From NCBI GenBank assembly GCA_965153355.1, contig OZ231126.1:26412001-26476000 (forward strand): a stretch of DNA of 64,000 nucleotides, given 5' to 3'. The notes below the pieces were generated by a model. It made no database searches and was not told the DNA's origin. It saw only the letters and a program-made list of their open reading frames with translations. The translations under genes and the position numbers were made by a program. Shown here in pieces: positions 1 through 11,405 of this stretch. How positions within the stretch are numbered: position 1 is the first letter of the stretch; the number at the start of each line of letters is the position of its first letter. Source of the DNA: Flaccisagitta enflata. Lineage: Eukaryota.

Positions 1-1
1 T

Positions 2-249
2 CAAAGCCTCTCGTAGATTCATAATCAGTTTCGTGACATTGTTTTTCATGTGATTTCCGGCTAAATCGTCGGCGCCGAGATGAGATTCAGATTCTCCCGG
101 AAGTCTTAGAATCGAATCCGGAAGCAACTTGATCGTCGTCGGGAAAAGGAGGAATCCGTCTTCCTCGTAGATGACATCCCCAACGTTGATGGCGGTGCAA
201 GTCGATGGATGAAGGAACGTTTGGCGTGGAAAGGTGGCGTCGCTGGCAC

Positions 250-342
<93 letters not shown>

Positions 343-751
343 AGGTACTGCTGGTGATGTTGCTATCAAAGGTACTTGTAGTAATGTTGTTATCTTCATT
401 CTTGGCGTTGAAGACTGGCCCGTTGTTGGCGTCGTTATTGTCGGTGTTGATGCTATTGGTGCCGCTATTGTTGTTGTCGATGGCGCTGCAAGTCAATGAA
501 CAAAGAAACGGATTATGTCGGTATGAGACGAAGTTGGTGTCATTTGCGGCGTTTTTGTTCTTGCCAATGTTGCCATTGAAGTTGGCGCTGTGGCAGTCTC
601 CGACGTCGCATTCCCTAGTGGTGTTTGGAATATGGTAAGTTTTGCGGTTTAAGACGTTATTTTCAGAGCAGGGAACGGTCGAGATGAGGTAGAAGGCGAT
701 AATGAAGAATGAGAATACGAAAATTGTCGATGAAACAGTGGAAATACGAGC
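2..751 (-). CDS. Paralog A, main coding exon, 3'-truncated by the window edge; putative secreted or membrane F/Env-like glycoprotein
   Basis: Manual translation is stop-free from 751 to the edge (open from an in-frame ATG at 814): ARISTVSSTIFVFSFFIIAFYLISTVPCSE (signal-like), an Asn-rich region with N30, then TFLHPSTCTAINVGDVIYEEDGFLLFPTTIKLLPDSILRLP. This closely matches TFLHPSTCSAITVNEIIHEEDGFLLFPTTVKLLPDWLQELP of ORF 6771-9041. A polypyrimidine tract and CAG acceptor end at 752. The track omits it because it has no stop codon in the window. Confidence 0.85.
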
Positions 752-1417
752 CTGGGCAGGTTGGGGAATGAATAAAAAAGAATTGAATAAGAAAATTAAT
801 ACAGTGTGATTCATCTCGATTGTTATACGGCATAACTCAAAAAAAGATAATCCATATAAAAAAAAAAGATAATCCAAATCAAAAAAAAAAAATTTGACAG
901 GTAATGGTTTGGCATTTTATTATGGATGTCCAGGACTTTTCAAGAAGATTTTATCCCCTAGATATGCAATGATCCAAAAATCATGCTTTACAAAACCAGT
1001 TGTCTTGTTATTTTGTCAAAAAAAAATTGAGATTGCTCTAATTTTCTAGTAGATTTTAGCATTTGATACCAGATAGGTCTCAAATATAAACTATATCGAT
1101 GTAGTTCATGGTTTAAGTGAGAAAAAATCGCATTTGGATAAAATTTCATGAAAAAAAGGAGAGAAAAATGATCATTTTTAGCATAATTTGCCATAAAGTT
1201 CCTTTTACGCAAAAAGTATCAAAATTTGGTAGAAAAGCCTAAGAAATAATTTATCATAAAATGCCAAGCAGATACTTCTCATATATTTATTTCAGAATTG
1301 AATTATCTCTATCACTTTTTGAGCAATGCTGTCAGTAAATGTTACAGTCGAGCAGCCCTCTTAAAAATGGAGTAGCGGGTAACGCCGCTACTCGGAAGGG
1401 AAGGGGGCATGTTGGAA

Positions 1418-1507
1418 GGAAGAAGAGGAAGAAAAAGAAGAAAAAGAAGAAGAAGAAGAAGAAGAAGAAGAAGAAGAAGAAGAAGAAGAAGAAGAAGAAG
1501 AAGAAGA
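1418..1507. repeat. (AAG)n microsatellite; a second (AAG)n/(AAC)n tract at ~2157-2265 lies on the other side of the 1509-2153 element
   Basis: Read directly. The element appears to sit inside the AAG tract. Confidence 0.95.
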
Positions 1508-1508
1508 C

Positions 1509-2153
1509 TAGTCATCCAAGGATCGCACATGGTCAGCAGTACCCGATGCCCTGCTAGGAGTGATCAGCTGAAGAAGTATAGTGAGAGCAGGGCAGCGGCC
1601 CCAAAGGGCCGATGTCCTGTAGGACAGGGGTGAATATCCAGACGTCCTTAGAAGGCACAATAAAGGGCTGACATGCTTGATTTTCAGCCTGACAAGGCTG
1701 ATTTAGGGTATTAGAGAGCTAATTTTGGAGCTGAAAGGGCTGATTTTGGGCCTGAGAGGACTGATTTTGGGCCTGAGAGAGCTGATTTTGGGCTTGAGAG
1801 GGCTGATTTTTGGGCTTGAGAGGGCTGATTTGGGGCTAATCTGGAGCTAATTTTGGGCTTGAGAGGGCTGATTTTGGGCCTGAGAGGGCTGATTTTGAGT
1901 CTGAGAGGGCTGATTTTGGGCCTGAGAGGGCTGATTTTGGGCTTGAGAGGGCTGATTTTGGGCTTGAGAGGGCTGATTTTGGGCCTGAGAGGGCTGATTT
2001 TGGGCTTGAGAGGGCTGATTTTGGGCTTGAGAGGGCTGATTTGGGGTCTGAGAGGGGCCTCGGGGGGGACGTACGTACGGACGTACGTACGGACGTCTGG
2101 AAATTCACCCCTGTGTCCTACAGGACATCGGCCCTTTGGGGCCGCTGCTCAAA
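1509..2153 (+). mobile_element. Helentron/DINE-1-like non-autonomous element with a 21-bp minisatellite core
   Basis: ~45-bp subterminal inverted repeats (gcagcggccccaaagggccgatgtcctgtaggaca at ~1592, reverse complement at ~2112-2148) enclose (gggctgattttgggcctgaga)n and a (gtac/ggac) microsatellite. The superfamily is inferred from architecture. Confidence 0.65.
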
Positions 2154-2296
2154 AAGGAAGAAGAAGAAAAAGAAGAAGAAGAAGAAGAAGAAGAAGAAGA
2201 AGAAGAAGAAGAAGAAGAAGAAGAAGAAGAAGAAGAAGAAGAAGAACAACAACAACAACAACAACAAAAAAAAAAGAGAGAAGAAGCAGAAGAAAA

Positions 2297-2349
<53 letters not shown>

Positions 2350-2962
2350 TATGCTCAGGACAGGGAATTGAAACTTTGTAAAAGCCTCACTATCAGAAAC
2401 CATTGATACATTTCAAAATGTTGATGATACTTTTTATTTGAGTTTAATCATAGAGGCTTCATTTCTATCCTGATTTTTACTTTCATTTTTGTTGTTTGTT
2501 TTTTTTTTGTTCATATTTTTTTTTTACATTTTTTTTTCCAGTAAAAGAATGTTGAAAAAAAATCAAATTTCTCTTTTGTTATGGTATTTAATTATTTCAA
2601 GTAAGAATAAGCAAAGTAGGTCTTCGTTTAAGCTTTAATTAATCAGTGTAAGTCGAGTTATATATTTCTTTAACAGTTGGGCAAAATCGTTTGGTAATCT
2701 TTATCAAACTTGGCAGATTTTCATGTCAGAATATTTTGAGGGCTACTCGGAAGAAAAACATTTCTAAGGGGGCTGCAGTCGAGATGGATCATACTGTATA
2801 TCTACCTACTCTTCATTATCAAAAACATGGGCGGGCTGAGGTCCAATCGCCTGGATTTGTCACAAGGATTTTAATTGGAGATAGGGCATTTTCCTCCGGG
2901 TGTTAGGTTTTAGCTGCATTGTGTAGAATGGCAGAGATGACTAGGGTGGTTGAAGTGGAGAG

Positions 2963-4511
2963 CAGGGCCGGCGAGAGGGGGGTCCAACCCCCTCTGAGAA
3001 GGGGGGCCCGGGCCCTAGGGGGGCCCGGGAGGGCCCCTGAAGTAGGGGAAAAAGAAGAAAGAAAGAAAAAGAAAAATAAAGAGAAAAGAGAAAAAAATAA
3101 AGAAAAACAAGGCCGGATACACGGCCAATACCAGTTGCGGACGGGTGGGCAGGGGCAGAAATGCGCGTTTTCCCACTTTTCGACTCATGTCCACGGACGG
3201 ACCAACGGACGGACCGACGGACGGACGGACAAAGCCTCTTATAGAGTTGCGTGTCCGCAACTAAAAAAAAGAAAAAAAAGAAAGGAAAAAAAGAAAAAAG
3301 AGGAGAAATAAAAAAGAAAAAAAAATCAGATTAGATCATGTTTGGACTTAAGAAGTCAAGTGGGGGCCCCATTGAGATCAAATCAACATATTGATAAAGT
3401 CTCGAATACCAACCTTTTCAAAGATATAGTACATGTTACTTTCAATTGAACCCATATTTCAGTTAAATTTGGGCCCTTGTAAAAGTGACAAATAATTTCA
3501 AAGTGAAGTTATCATGATCCTATTTGAATAATTGAGTGTATCTTTAAATGAGAGCTGTATTTTTTTCAATCAGAAGGGCTGACTAATTCAGACCCCCCCG
3601 TTTAGATTGGAAAAGAGGCACATTGATTTTGATTTGATTTTTATTATTGATTTACTTAGTCTTTTTTATGTAAAGCCTGTATTGGTTAAAAATTAGAGCC
3701 ATATTTTTTCCTGTCAGAAGGGCTGACCAATTCTGACCCCCCCCCCCGTTCAGATTGGAAAAGAGGCACATTGATTTTGATTTAATTTCCATTATTGATT
3801 AACTTGCTTCTTTTTTGTACAGCCTGTATTGGTTAAAAATGAGAGCCATATTTTTTCCAATCAGAAGGGCGGACTATTTCAGACCCCCCATTCAGATTGG
3901 AAAAGAGGCACATTGATTGTGATATTCTATTGTAAATTTGTAATGTATAACATTGTCATTGTCTATTTCCACTCATGGTTAAAAATCAGTGCTAAATTTC
4001 ATCTAGTCAAAAGGTCTAACAAATTTAGATCCCTCGTTTAGACAAAATGAGAGGCACATTGATTTTGATTAAAGGGAAAAAAAGACAAACCTCAGTAAAA
4101 CACCAATACCAGGTTACAAGTCCTGGAGGTAGAAGTTTGAGCCCTGGAGTTATTTTCATGGGAACAAAGTCGGAAACACAGCTACCCCAGTCGCGTGCGG
4201 GTGGGCAAGGGCTGTTTCTGAGGTCACTTGATCATTTGGGCAGGAGCACTGAGGCAAAGACCTCAAAAACCTAAAAAAAGTAAAATGTGATGGACAAACG
4301 GATGGACAAACGGACCGACAAAGCGGGGTGTAAGAGTCGCATAGCATGCAACTAAAAATTTCTAATCTGATAACCCAAAACTAAAAGATAAACTTCACTC
4401 TTGTAGGGATGGGGGGGGGGGGGGTTGCTAGGGGGGGGTGTGCTAGGGGGGTAGGGGGGGCCCGGTCAAAGAGGCTAGAGGGGGGGCCCGCCGTTTCTCT
4501 CGCCGTCCCTG
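2963..4511. mobile_element. Non-autonomous hAT-like DNA transposon
   Basis: TIRs CAGGGCCGGCGAGAG and CTCTCGCCGTCCCTG with a perfect 8-bp TSD GTGGAGAG (2955-2962, 4512-4519). No transposase ORF. Confidence 0.85.
3548..3922. repeat. Three diverged ~145-bp tandem repeats inside the hAT-like element
   Basis: tcagaagggctgac...gaccccccc..gattggaaaagaggcacattgatt appears three times. Confidence 0.8.
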
Positions 4512-4968
4512 GTGGAGAGAGGGCATTTTCTTCCGGGTGCTAGGTTTTAGCCACATTTTGTAGGGATGGACAGACAGACAAACGTACAAACGGACAGATG
4601 GACGGACGGACGGATTCCCCTGTATTCTACAGGACTACATCCCCTTTGGAGCCGCTGCCCAAAAGGCTTGACAATTGATAAAGGTGGCAGGGTCTTAAGT
4701 TATGAAAACTACCCATGAAAATCTAAACCTCAGCCTAGATCTGAAACAAGGCCGGATACACGGCTACCGAAGTTACGTGCGGGTTTGGCCGTGAGAAGGC
4801 CGAGGCTCGGTTTTGAGGCCAAACCCGAAATTCGGTTTTGCTTACAAAACCGACCTTGTTTTCTAGCAGTTTTTTACTTCTATATTATTCTTTTATTCTA
4901 CCCCTCATCAAACTATTTTTGTTTTTTTTCTCACCTTTATGATCAAATTATGTGTTTATATGTGTCTG

Positions 4969-5041
<73 letters not shown>

Positions 5042-6099
5042 CTGTCTCTCTCTACTTGCATTTATTTCTTTTTTTTTTAGTCGCGTGCACACAACTCTAC
5101 ACCCCGCTTTGTCCCTCCGTCGGTAGGTTGGTCAGTTGGTTGATTGGTTGGTCGGTCTCTATTTTACTTTTTTTATCAATCTTATTTCTTTAAGTCATTT
5201 TAAGTCATTTTAGGGTAAACTAAGACATTCTACGTCATTCTGAGTCATTCTGAGTCATTCTAAGTCAGTCTGTAAGTGTCGCACGCGACTTATGGGTATT
5301 GGCCTTATTTCTTATTATGTTGTTAAAACTAATTTCTTCCCCTTTTTGCTCAAATTTTTTTTTCAGATATTTTTTGCTGTCTCACTATGTCTTTGTCTGT
5401 GTTTGTTTGTCTGTGTCTGTGTGTGTTCTTTTTCTATTTTTTTTCTTTTATTTTTTTTCACTTTTTTTTCACTTTTTTTTCTATCATTTCTTTTTTCAAT
5501 CTATCTTTTTCTTACTATATTTAATTAAAAAACCGATATAAACCCGATATAAACCCGAGGAAAGGTTTTTGGGTATACCGAACCCGAACCGAAACCGTGG
5601 AAAAAAACGCCATACGCAAGGCCTTAGGCAGGGGCAGTGATAAAAATGGTTTAATTATTTGGGCAGGGGCATTTAAGTAAAAAACACTGTAAACGCCAAA
5701 AAAGCTAACGATGATAGACCAACAAAACGACATAGCGGGTTATAGAGTCGGGTGCACGAATCTTGAAAAAAAGTTCCGAATTTGGTAATTAATCAAGAAT
5801 ATGAAACTAGATCGGACTTTTAAGTACATATGTAAGCAAAATCTACTGTCACATTGTGTATCTAGAGCCTGAGAGAGAGAGAAAACGAGAGACAAACGGA
5901 AGAGACAGACAGATTCATGTATAGATATTCATAGACAGACCGAGAATGAAAGACAAAATGCGACGCTAGAAAGACAGGGAAGCAAAGAAAAAGCCAAAAA
6001 AGAGATACTGGCAGACAGACTGAAAGTGTCACAAGCCGACGGAAAGCCAGACTGTTAGAGACAAACAGAAATAGTTCCACTGACTCGGATTGCCATATT

Positions 6100-6172
<73 letters not shown>

Positions 6173-6196
6173 CAATGACAAACTAATAAGACTTAC

Positions 6197-6323
6197 CATA
6201 TTGTCTTTTTGATACTTGAAGGCGACTCAGTCTGATTCTTTGACATTCGCTCGGTCATTAAGATAAGGTTGAGAACGGTCCAAAGCGTTTTTAATCATTT
6301 CTAATTTTAATTTTTACCCTTCC
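6197..6323 (-). other. Upstream exon of paralog A (5'UTR plus ATG); predicted phase-0 intron 752-6196
   Basis: Bounded by a ttgttgcag acceptor and an ATG|gtaagt donor. Splicing to 751 gives M-ARISTVSSTIFVF in frame. Homologous to 9824-10010 and 18159-18279. Confidence 0.65.
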
Positions 6324-6770
6324 CTGCAACAAGTCAAAAAGGGCAAGATTTGGGCAAAAACGAAAAGAATAACACCGCAAACAAATTTGAATGAAGGTAA
6401 AAAATTTATAAAATTGAGGATTGAGATTCGAAAGGAGAACATAGAAAGGATAACTAAATCGCTAGCATCAATACATGTATGCTGCGGCAGGTAATGAAGT
6501 AGAGCTAAAAGGACGGACAAAATAAGTCTGTTAAGTTTTGATGTAAAATGGTATGCAGGCTAACTAGGAAAAGACAAGGCCAAGTACGCCAATGAGGTGC
6601 GCCGTGTGGATCGTTAAAAGAATGCGTTACCGAAAGCCCAACGGACACAGCCAGTTATAGAGGTGCTTGGACATACCTAAAAACATCTTCATCATCTACC
6701 GGGTTTGCTCGTAAAATCAACGTCTTAGCTCATAAAAATATCACCAACGCATACAACAATAATGACTGCA

Positions 6771-9047
6771 TCAACCGCGGGCTCGCTTTCGAAGCCATCT
6801 ATTGTGGAGAATCTGATGGAGTTGCGGTTGTAGGTGATGGTGTTGATTGGGGAGAAAACGGTCAATTGCCATGAACACAACACGCAATGGATAAAAAAGA
6901 AAATTGGCGATGCTAAACCCAGTTAGAGGTGTAACAAGATATTCATCCAAAGTTGACAATGACCAACTACTGACAACAAAAAATATTGAATGATAGTTAC
7001 ATCTTACGGTCCAGAAAAGCGAAGGACTAACTTTGTCAGCGAAAAAAGCCTCAATGAAATAGCAGGCATTATTGTAATGCCGGATCAAGTGGTGATGGAA
7101 ACCACATTGAAACTCAGTAACCTTCAATGGTTTCCAAAGTGGTCGAACAGAATACCCTGTAGTAACATTGTCTTCATCTGGGACCATTTGCTGCCTAATC
7201 TTTTTCAGATGGGCAATTTCCTTCTCACGCTCATGCGCATTGTAAGACGGGCCAGGTTGCTTTGTGGTGTGAGTTGTCTCTTCTTTGAAAGGCAAAAGTA
7301 CCTCATCATGATCGCCAAAAGTGACATTGCTGAAATTGTTATTTTCAATGTGAATACATTGTGAATTCCCGCCTTTTGCTGATTTCTCAAACACAGTATG
7401 GTCTGTACCTTTGTGATCAGTGGCAGTTAAAGTTTGATCGGTAACCAGAAGCAAACCTCGGGATGTAAAAGTCATCTTTCTCTTTGATTGCGAAAGGTCA
7501 GAATTCAGCACAAAGTCGATGTTGCAACTCTGATCAATCTCATTGTCCACCAACGATGATGGATCATCATCAAGAGTCTGTAATAAAGCTCTGGAGCAAT
7601 TCAGCTCTGCCGATTCCTGGCTGTTCTCAAGAATTCCCTGAACATCACAAACCAGTTTGTCCAGGTACCAAACCTGAAAATAACGCCAACGACAGAAATT
7701 TCTCCACATGGGGTGCAACCTATTGATGGGAGACTTAGCCAAGTTAGCAACAAACTCTGAAGAATGCAAATGCCATTTACCAAATTCAGAATGCTTGCGA
7801 CCAAATTCGAGGAAAAGACGCTGCTCAGTTTGGATGTTTGTCCGTTCATCAATTGAAACACCATTTTCCATGAAATATCGATTCACGGTAATGCGCTCAA
7901 TATCCAGTCCCACTGGGGCTTTCTTTAAATTTGGAAGTGTAAAGAGCAGTTTTAATGTCAAAGTTTCCACATCAATTCCCACCACGTAAACATTCAAATC
8001 ATCCTTTGCGCTTTGAAAATAGAGTGATTCTGCAAAGAGGGAATGGGGAAATATCTCTTTGAAGGTTTGCCATTTCTCCAACTGCCGCGGAAGCAAAGCC
8101 GAGAAGTTCCTGTCATCTGATCGCCCTCGACGTGCTTTGCCTCTGCTCAAACTCCGAGGCTCCTTGGCAAAAGTTGAACCCTCTGACAAAGTCTTTATCA
8201 GGATATCAACTATTTGCATGTAATATTTGTTAAGCTCGTGAGCATTCATTTCTTCAAGCAACACTTTCGGTTTATCTGAGAGGTCCTTCAATGCAGAAAA
8301 AAATAGGGACAAGGTCTCGCATGGGGATTGATAATTGCCATGATGATCAAACTCATCAAGGAGCCAATCCATGATTTCTTTGATGTTCTGCTCTTTGCCG
8401 ATTCTTGGCTCAGAAGGCAGACTCAACAAACCCAGCACAGAATTACTCTCCGTTGATATTTCAGCTTGGTAACGAGGGGTAACCAGTCGTAGAAAGTCAT
8501 GAACCATTGAGCTGTTGATGTGAATGCTTTCCACGTCGCCTTTTTCATTAACTTTGGCCGTATCATAGTGGCAAAAGCCATGCATAGGAAATCGCGCCTG
8601 GACAATGGTGTGCTTGTCCTCAGTGACATCCTCCAACATGACATTGTTCGAAGTGTCGTAATTGTGGATGAAGATGCGACTATTGTTTTTGCATTCCAAC
8701 TGTTCTCTGCCTTTGTCGTACCTCTTCACCAAATCACGCAAAATATTTCTGAACGTTGTCGTCATCTCTTGGAGTCTTTCTATGACATTTTCGTCGATAT
8801 CCGGTTGTCGATACTTAAGTTTTTCTGGCAACTCCTGAAGCCAATCCGGGAGCAGCTTCACCGTTGTTGGGAAAAGGAGGAAGCCATCTTCTTCGTGGAT
8901 GATCTCATTGACAGTGATGGCGCTGCATGTTGAAGGATGCAGAAACGTCGCTGGTTGGAAAGCGCCAACTTCAGTGGAAGTGGCGAGGAAGAGGAGGAGA
9001 GCAGGCAGTAAGGCCAGAATATGGCCAAGCGTCAATATCATGAGAGC
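6771..9047 (-). CDS. Paralog B, main coding exon; signal peptide, Cys-containing ectodomain and hydrophobic C-terminus; putative class I fusion (F/Env)-like glycoprotein
   Basis: 756-aa non-repetitive ORF (ATG at 9041) with a hydrophobic N-terminus (MILTLGHILALLPALLLFLATSTEVGA), several NxS/T sequons, a Cys cluster (FCRW...LVCD...LNCSRALL...SCN...QCIH) and a hydrophobic tail. Acceptor ttctcatttag ends at 9048. Coding status is well supported; the family call is by-eye only. Confidence 0.85.
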   Translation of the reverse strand, partial: ALMILTLGHILALLPALLLFLATSTEVGAFQPATFLHPSTCSAITVNEIIHEEDGFLLFPTTVKLLPDWLQELPEKLKYRQPDIDENVIERLQEMTTTFRNILRDLVKRYDKGREQLECKNNSRIFIHNYDTSNNVMLEDVTEDKHTIVQARFPMHGFCHYDTAKVNEKGDVESIHINSSMVHDFLRLVTPRYQAEISTESNSVLGLLSLPSEPRIGKEQNIKEIMDWLLDEFDHHGNYQSPCETLSLFFSALKDLSDKPKVLLEEMNAHELNKYYMQIVDILIKTLSEGSTFAKEPRSLSRGKARRGRSDDRNFSALLPRQLEKWQTFKEIFPHSLFAESLYFQSAKDDLNVYVVGIDVETLTLKLLFTLPNLKKAPVGLDIERITVNRYFMENGVSIDERTNIQTEQRLFLEFGRKHSEFGKWHLHSSEFVANLAKSPINRLHPMWRNFCRWRYFQVWYLDKLVCDVQGILENSQESAELNCSRALLQTLDDDPSSLVDNEIDQSCNIDFVLNSDLSQSKRKMTFTSRGLLLVTDQTLTATDHKGTDHTVFEKSAKGGNSQCIHIENNNFSNVTFGDHDEVLLPFKEETTHTTKQPGPSYNAHEREKEIAHLKKIRQQMVPDEDNVTTGYSVRPLWKPLKVTEFQCGFHHHLIRHYNNACYFIEAFFADKVSPSLFWTVRCNYHSIFFVVSSWSLSTLDEYLVTPLTGFSIANFLFYPLRVVFMAIDRFLPNQHHHLQPQLHQILHNRWLRKRARG

Positions 9048-9082
9048 CTAAATGAGAAATATCGAAAAAGATTTTTGTCTAG

Positions 9083-9114
<32 letters not shown>

Positions 9115-9212
9115 AGAGGGGAAGGGGGTAGAGTATGTTCCTCAGCAGAAAGACTTTTTTTCCGAAACGAATCCTTTAGATTGCGATATTTAGGACGAAG
9201 GAATAAGGCCTG

Positions 9213-9485
<273 letters not shown>

Positions 9486-9823
9486 AGACCAACATGTGAA
9501 AGAAAATATGAATGAACTTCTTTAATATATAAACCTTTTCATGAATGAACATAATCTATGAATTACTGAATGAATGAATGAAATATTTAATGAAATAATG
9601 AAGAAATGAATGAACGAATGAATAGGATTTGTGCCACTCTTTTAAAAAAAAGAGCCTCAGATTTAGTGATTCTAATCGTTTGTTAGACCATCCGACCAAA
9701 GGACTAACCAACCAACCGACTAACCAACCAACCGACAGACTGATGGACCGACCGACAGATCGACATGTCGACAGACAGCCTCTCACATCATGCGTGAAGA
9801 CGCACATAGAAAGGTAGACTTAC

Positions 9824-10010
9824 CACATTTCCTTTGATTTTTGTTTGGCGCAAACTAGATGATTTCTTTGATCCGGGTTTATCAATAAGTTTCTTCATTT
9901 TCACTTCTTTTCTGTTTCTGTTCTCAAGTGTTTCTCACATTGTTTTTCACCCTTTCACTCTTTCCTCTCTTCATTGAGCCATATAGTAATGACTGGCTGT
10001 AAAAGAAGAG
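9824..10010 (-). other. Upstream exon of paralog B; predicted phase-0 intron 9048-9823
   Basis: ttgttgcag acceptor and GTG|gtaagt donor. ATG at 9898 reads MKKLIDKPGSKKSSSLRQTKIKGNV and splices in frame to ALMILTLGH, giving a 783-aa form. Confidence 0.65.
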
Positions 10011-10302
10011 CTGCAACAAGACAAAAAGATATAGAAATAGAAAACTATGATAAAATAACTAAACAATAATCAGATTCAGAGGAAACATTAAACGAAAGTT
10101 GCACGCTGCACGCTGGCTGACACAAAGTTAACCGTTCTCAAGCTGGCGTTTTCATTTTAAGCTTTGAATAAATAACAAAATATTCTCTTTAGGTTCAAAG
10201 AGGTTTATTCTGCGATTTTGTAACTCGTATAAACTTACAAGGCCAATATGTGCGCCTCGTCTTATAAGAATGAATGTTTTTTTTTTTATGAATTAACATT
10301 TT

Positions 10303-10398
10303 GAATGTATGAATGAATAAATGAATGAATGAAAGAATGAATGAATGAATGAATGAATGAATGAATGAATGAATGAATGAATGAATGAATGAATGAAC
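10303..10398. repeat. (GAAT)n microsatellite
   Basis: Read directly. Confidence 0.9.
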
Positions 10399-10646
10399 GA
10401 CTGAATGAATCTAGGGAGGCAGGAGAGGTAGCAGGTTTGAAGATAGACATGGAAGTCATCCATTTTGTGCGATTTAAACGACCGACCGACCGACCAATGC
10501 GAAGGACCGGCATAACCTCTTATAGATGTGCAAGGACGCACTTAAGAAGCAAAAAGATGATTCAAGATTGATAACATAGACATTAAAAGTATCGAGAGGA
10601 GGTAGAAAAAGGCTTTCATGGTGGCACACTGCGTCTTCAGATCGTA

Positions 10647-11146
10647 CAGTGGGGTTCGTGGAATAACAGCCTAACTGGAGGAAGGTATTCAAGTGTCTTA
10701 ATTTCATTTGACAAACTTGATATTTGAAATATAAGTTGTTCACTTGATGCTTTTGTCCCTGAGTTTTTTGGTTGCTATGGAAACCAAAATTATTTTTTTG
10801 AACACTTATAACAACTAGAATATCAATATTTTGACAAATATCATCAGGGAACATTGCTCAAAATTAAATTTGCTACAACTTTCCCACAGTATGTCCTGTA
10901 AGAATATTGCTCGTTTAGCCGTTGCTAGGGAGCATCATTTAGCGGTTGCTAGGTGTGATGCCCTAGCAACGGCCAAACGAGCAATATTCTTACAAATATT
11001 GAAAGTGTAGCAGCAACAAATATTCCTGACAATATTTCTCAAAATATTGATATTTCAGTGATAAATGTTTTAATTTCGTTCCAAATAAATTTAAGACACT
11101 TAAATACCTTCCTCCAGTTTAGGCTGTTATTCCACGAACCCCACTG
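10647..11146. mobile_element. Tc1/mariner-type MITE, 500 bp
   Basis: TA-flanked long TIRs: CAGTGGGGTTCGTGGAATAACAGCCTAA... and ...TTAGGCTGTTATTCCACGAACCCCACTG. Internal GTTGCTAGG/CCTAGCAAC motifs. Confidence 0.88.
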
Positions 11147-11405
11147 TACTAATTTAGTGTACCTTTATGCGTTAAAGTTGTATGTTTCTTACAAAAAAAA
11201 AACCTCCCACATGGAGTTTCAAATAACTACGTCATGCCACAGAAAAAAGATTAAAAACGTTGAATAAGGACGCGGGGTTATAAAAAAAAAGTAGATTCAA
11301 TCTTGTGTAAGATTGAGTGATAATCAACGCTCATGCTCATCAACGTACAAAATAAAACTTAAAAGAGGATGTATACATCAAATCATCCTACACACGAATC
11401 AAATA

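Noticed and set aside
1836-2371. Heptad-repeat ORFs (SALSSPK, GLRGLIL), also RPERPDL and RPERADF at 22.8-25.4 kb
   Set aside because: These are translations of 21-bp minisatellites inside non-autonomous elements and are open in several frames on both strands.
6990-8933. Plus-strand ORFs antisense to paralog B, and likewise within 11782-15432 for paralog C
   Set aside because: They are shadow ORFs of real minus-strand coding sequence with no independent motifs.
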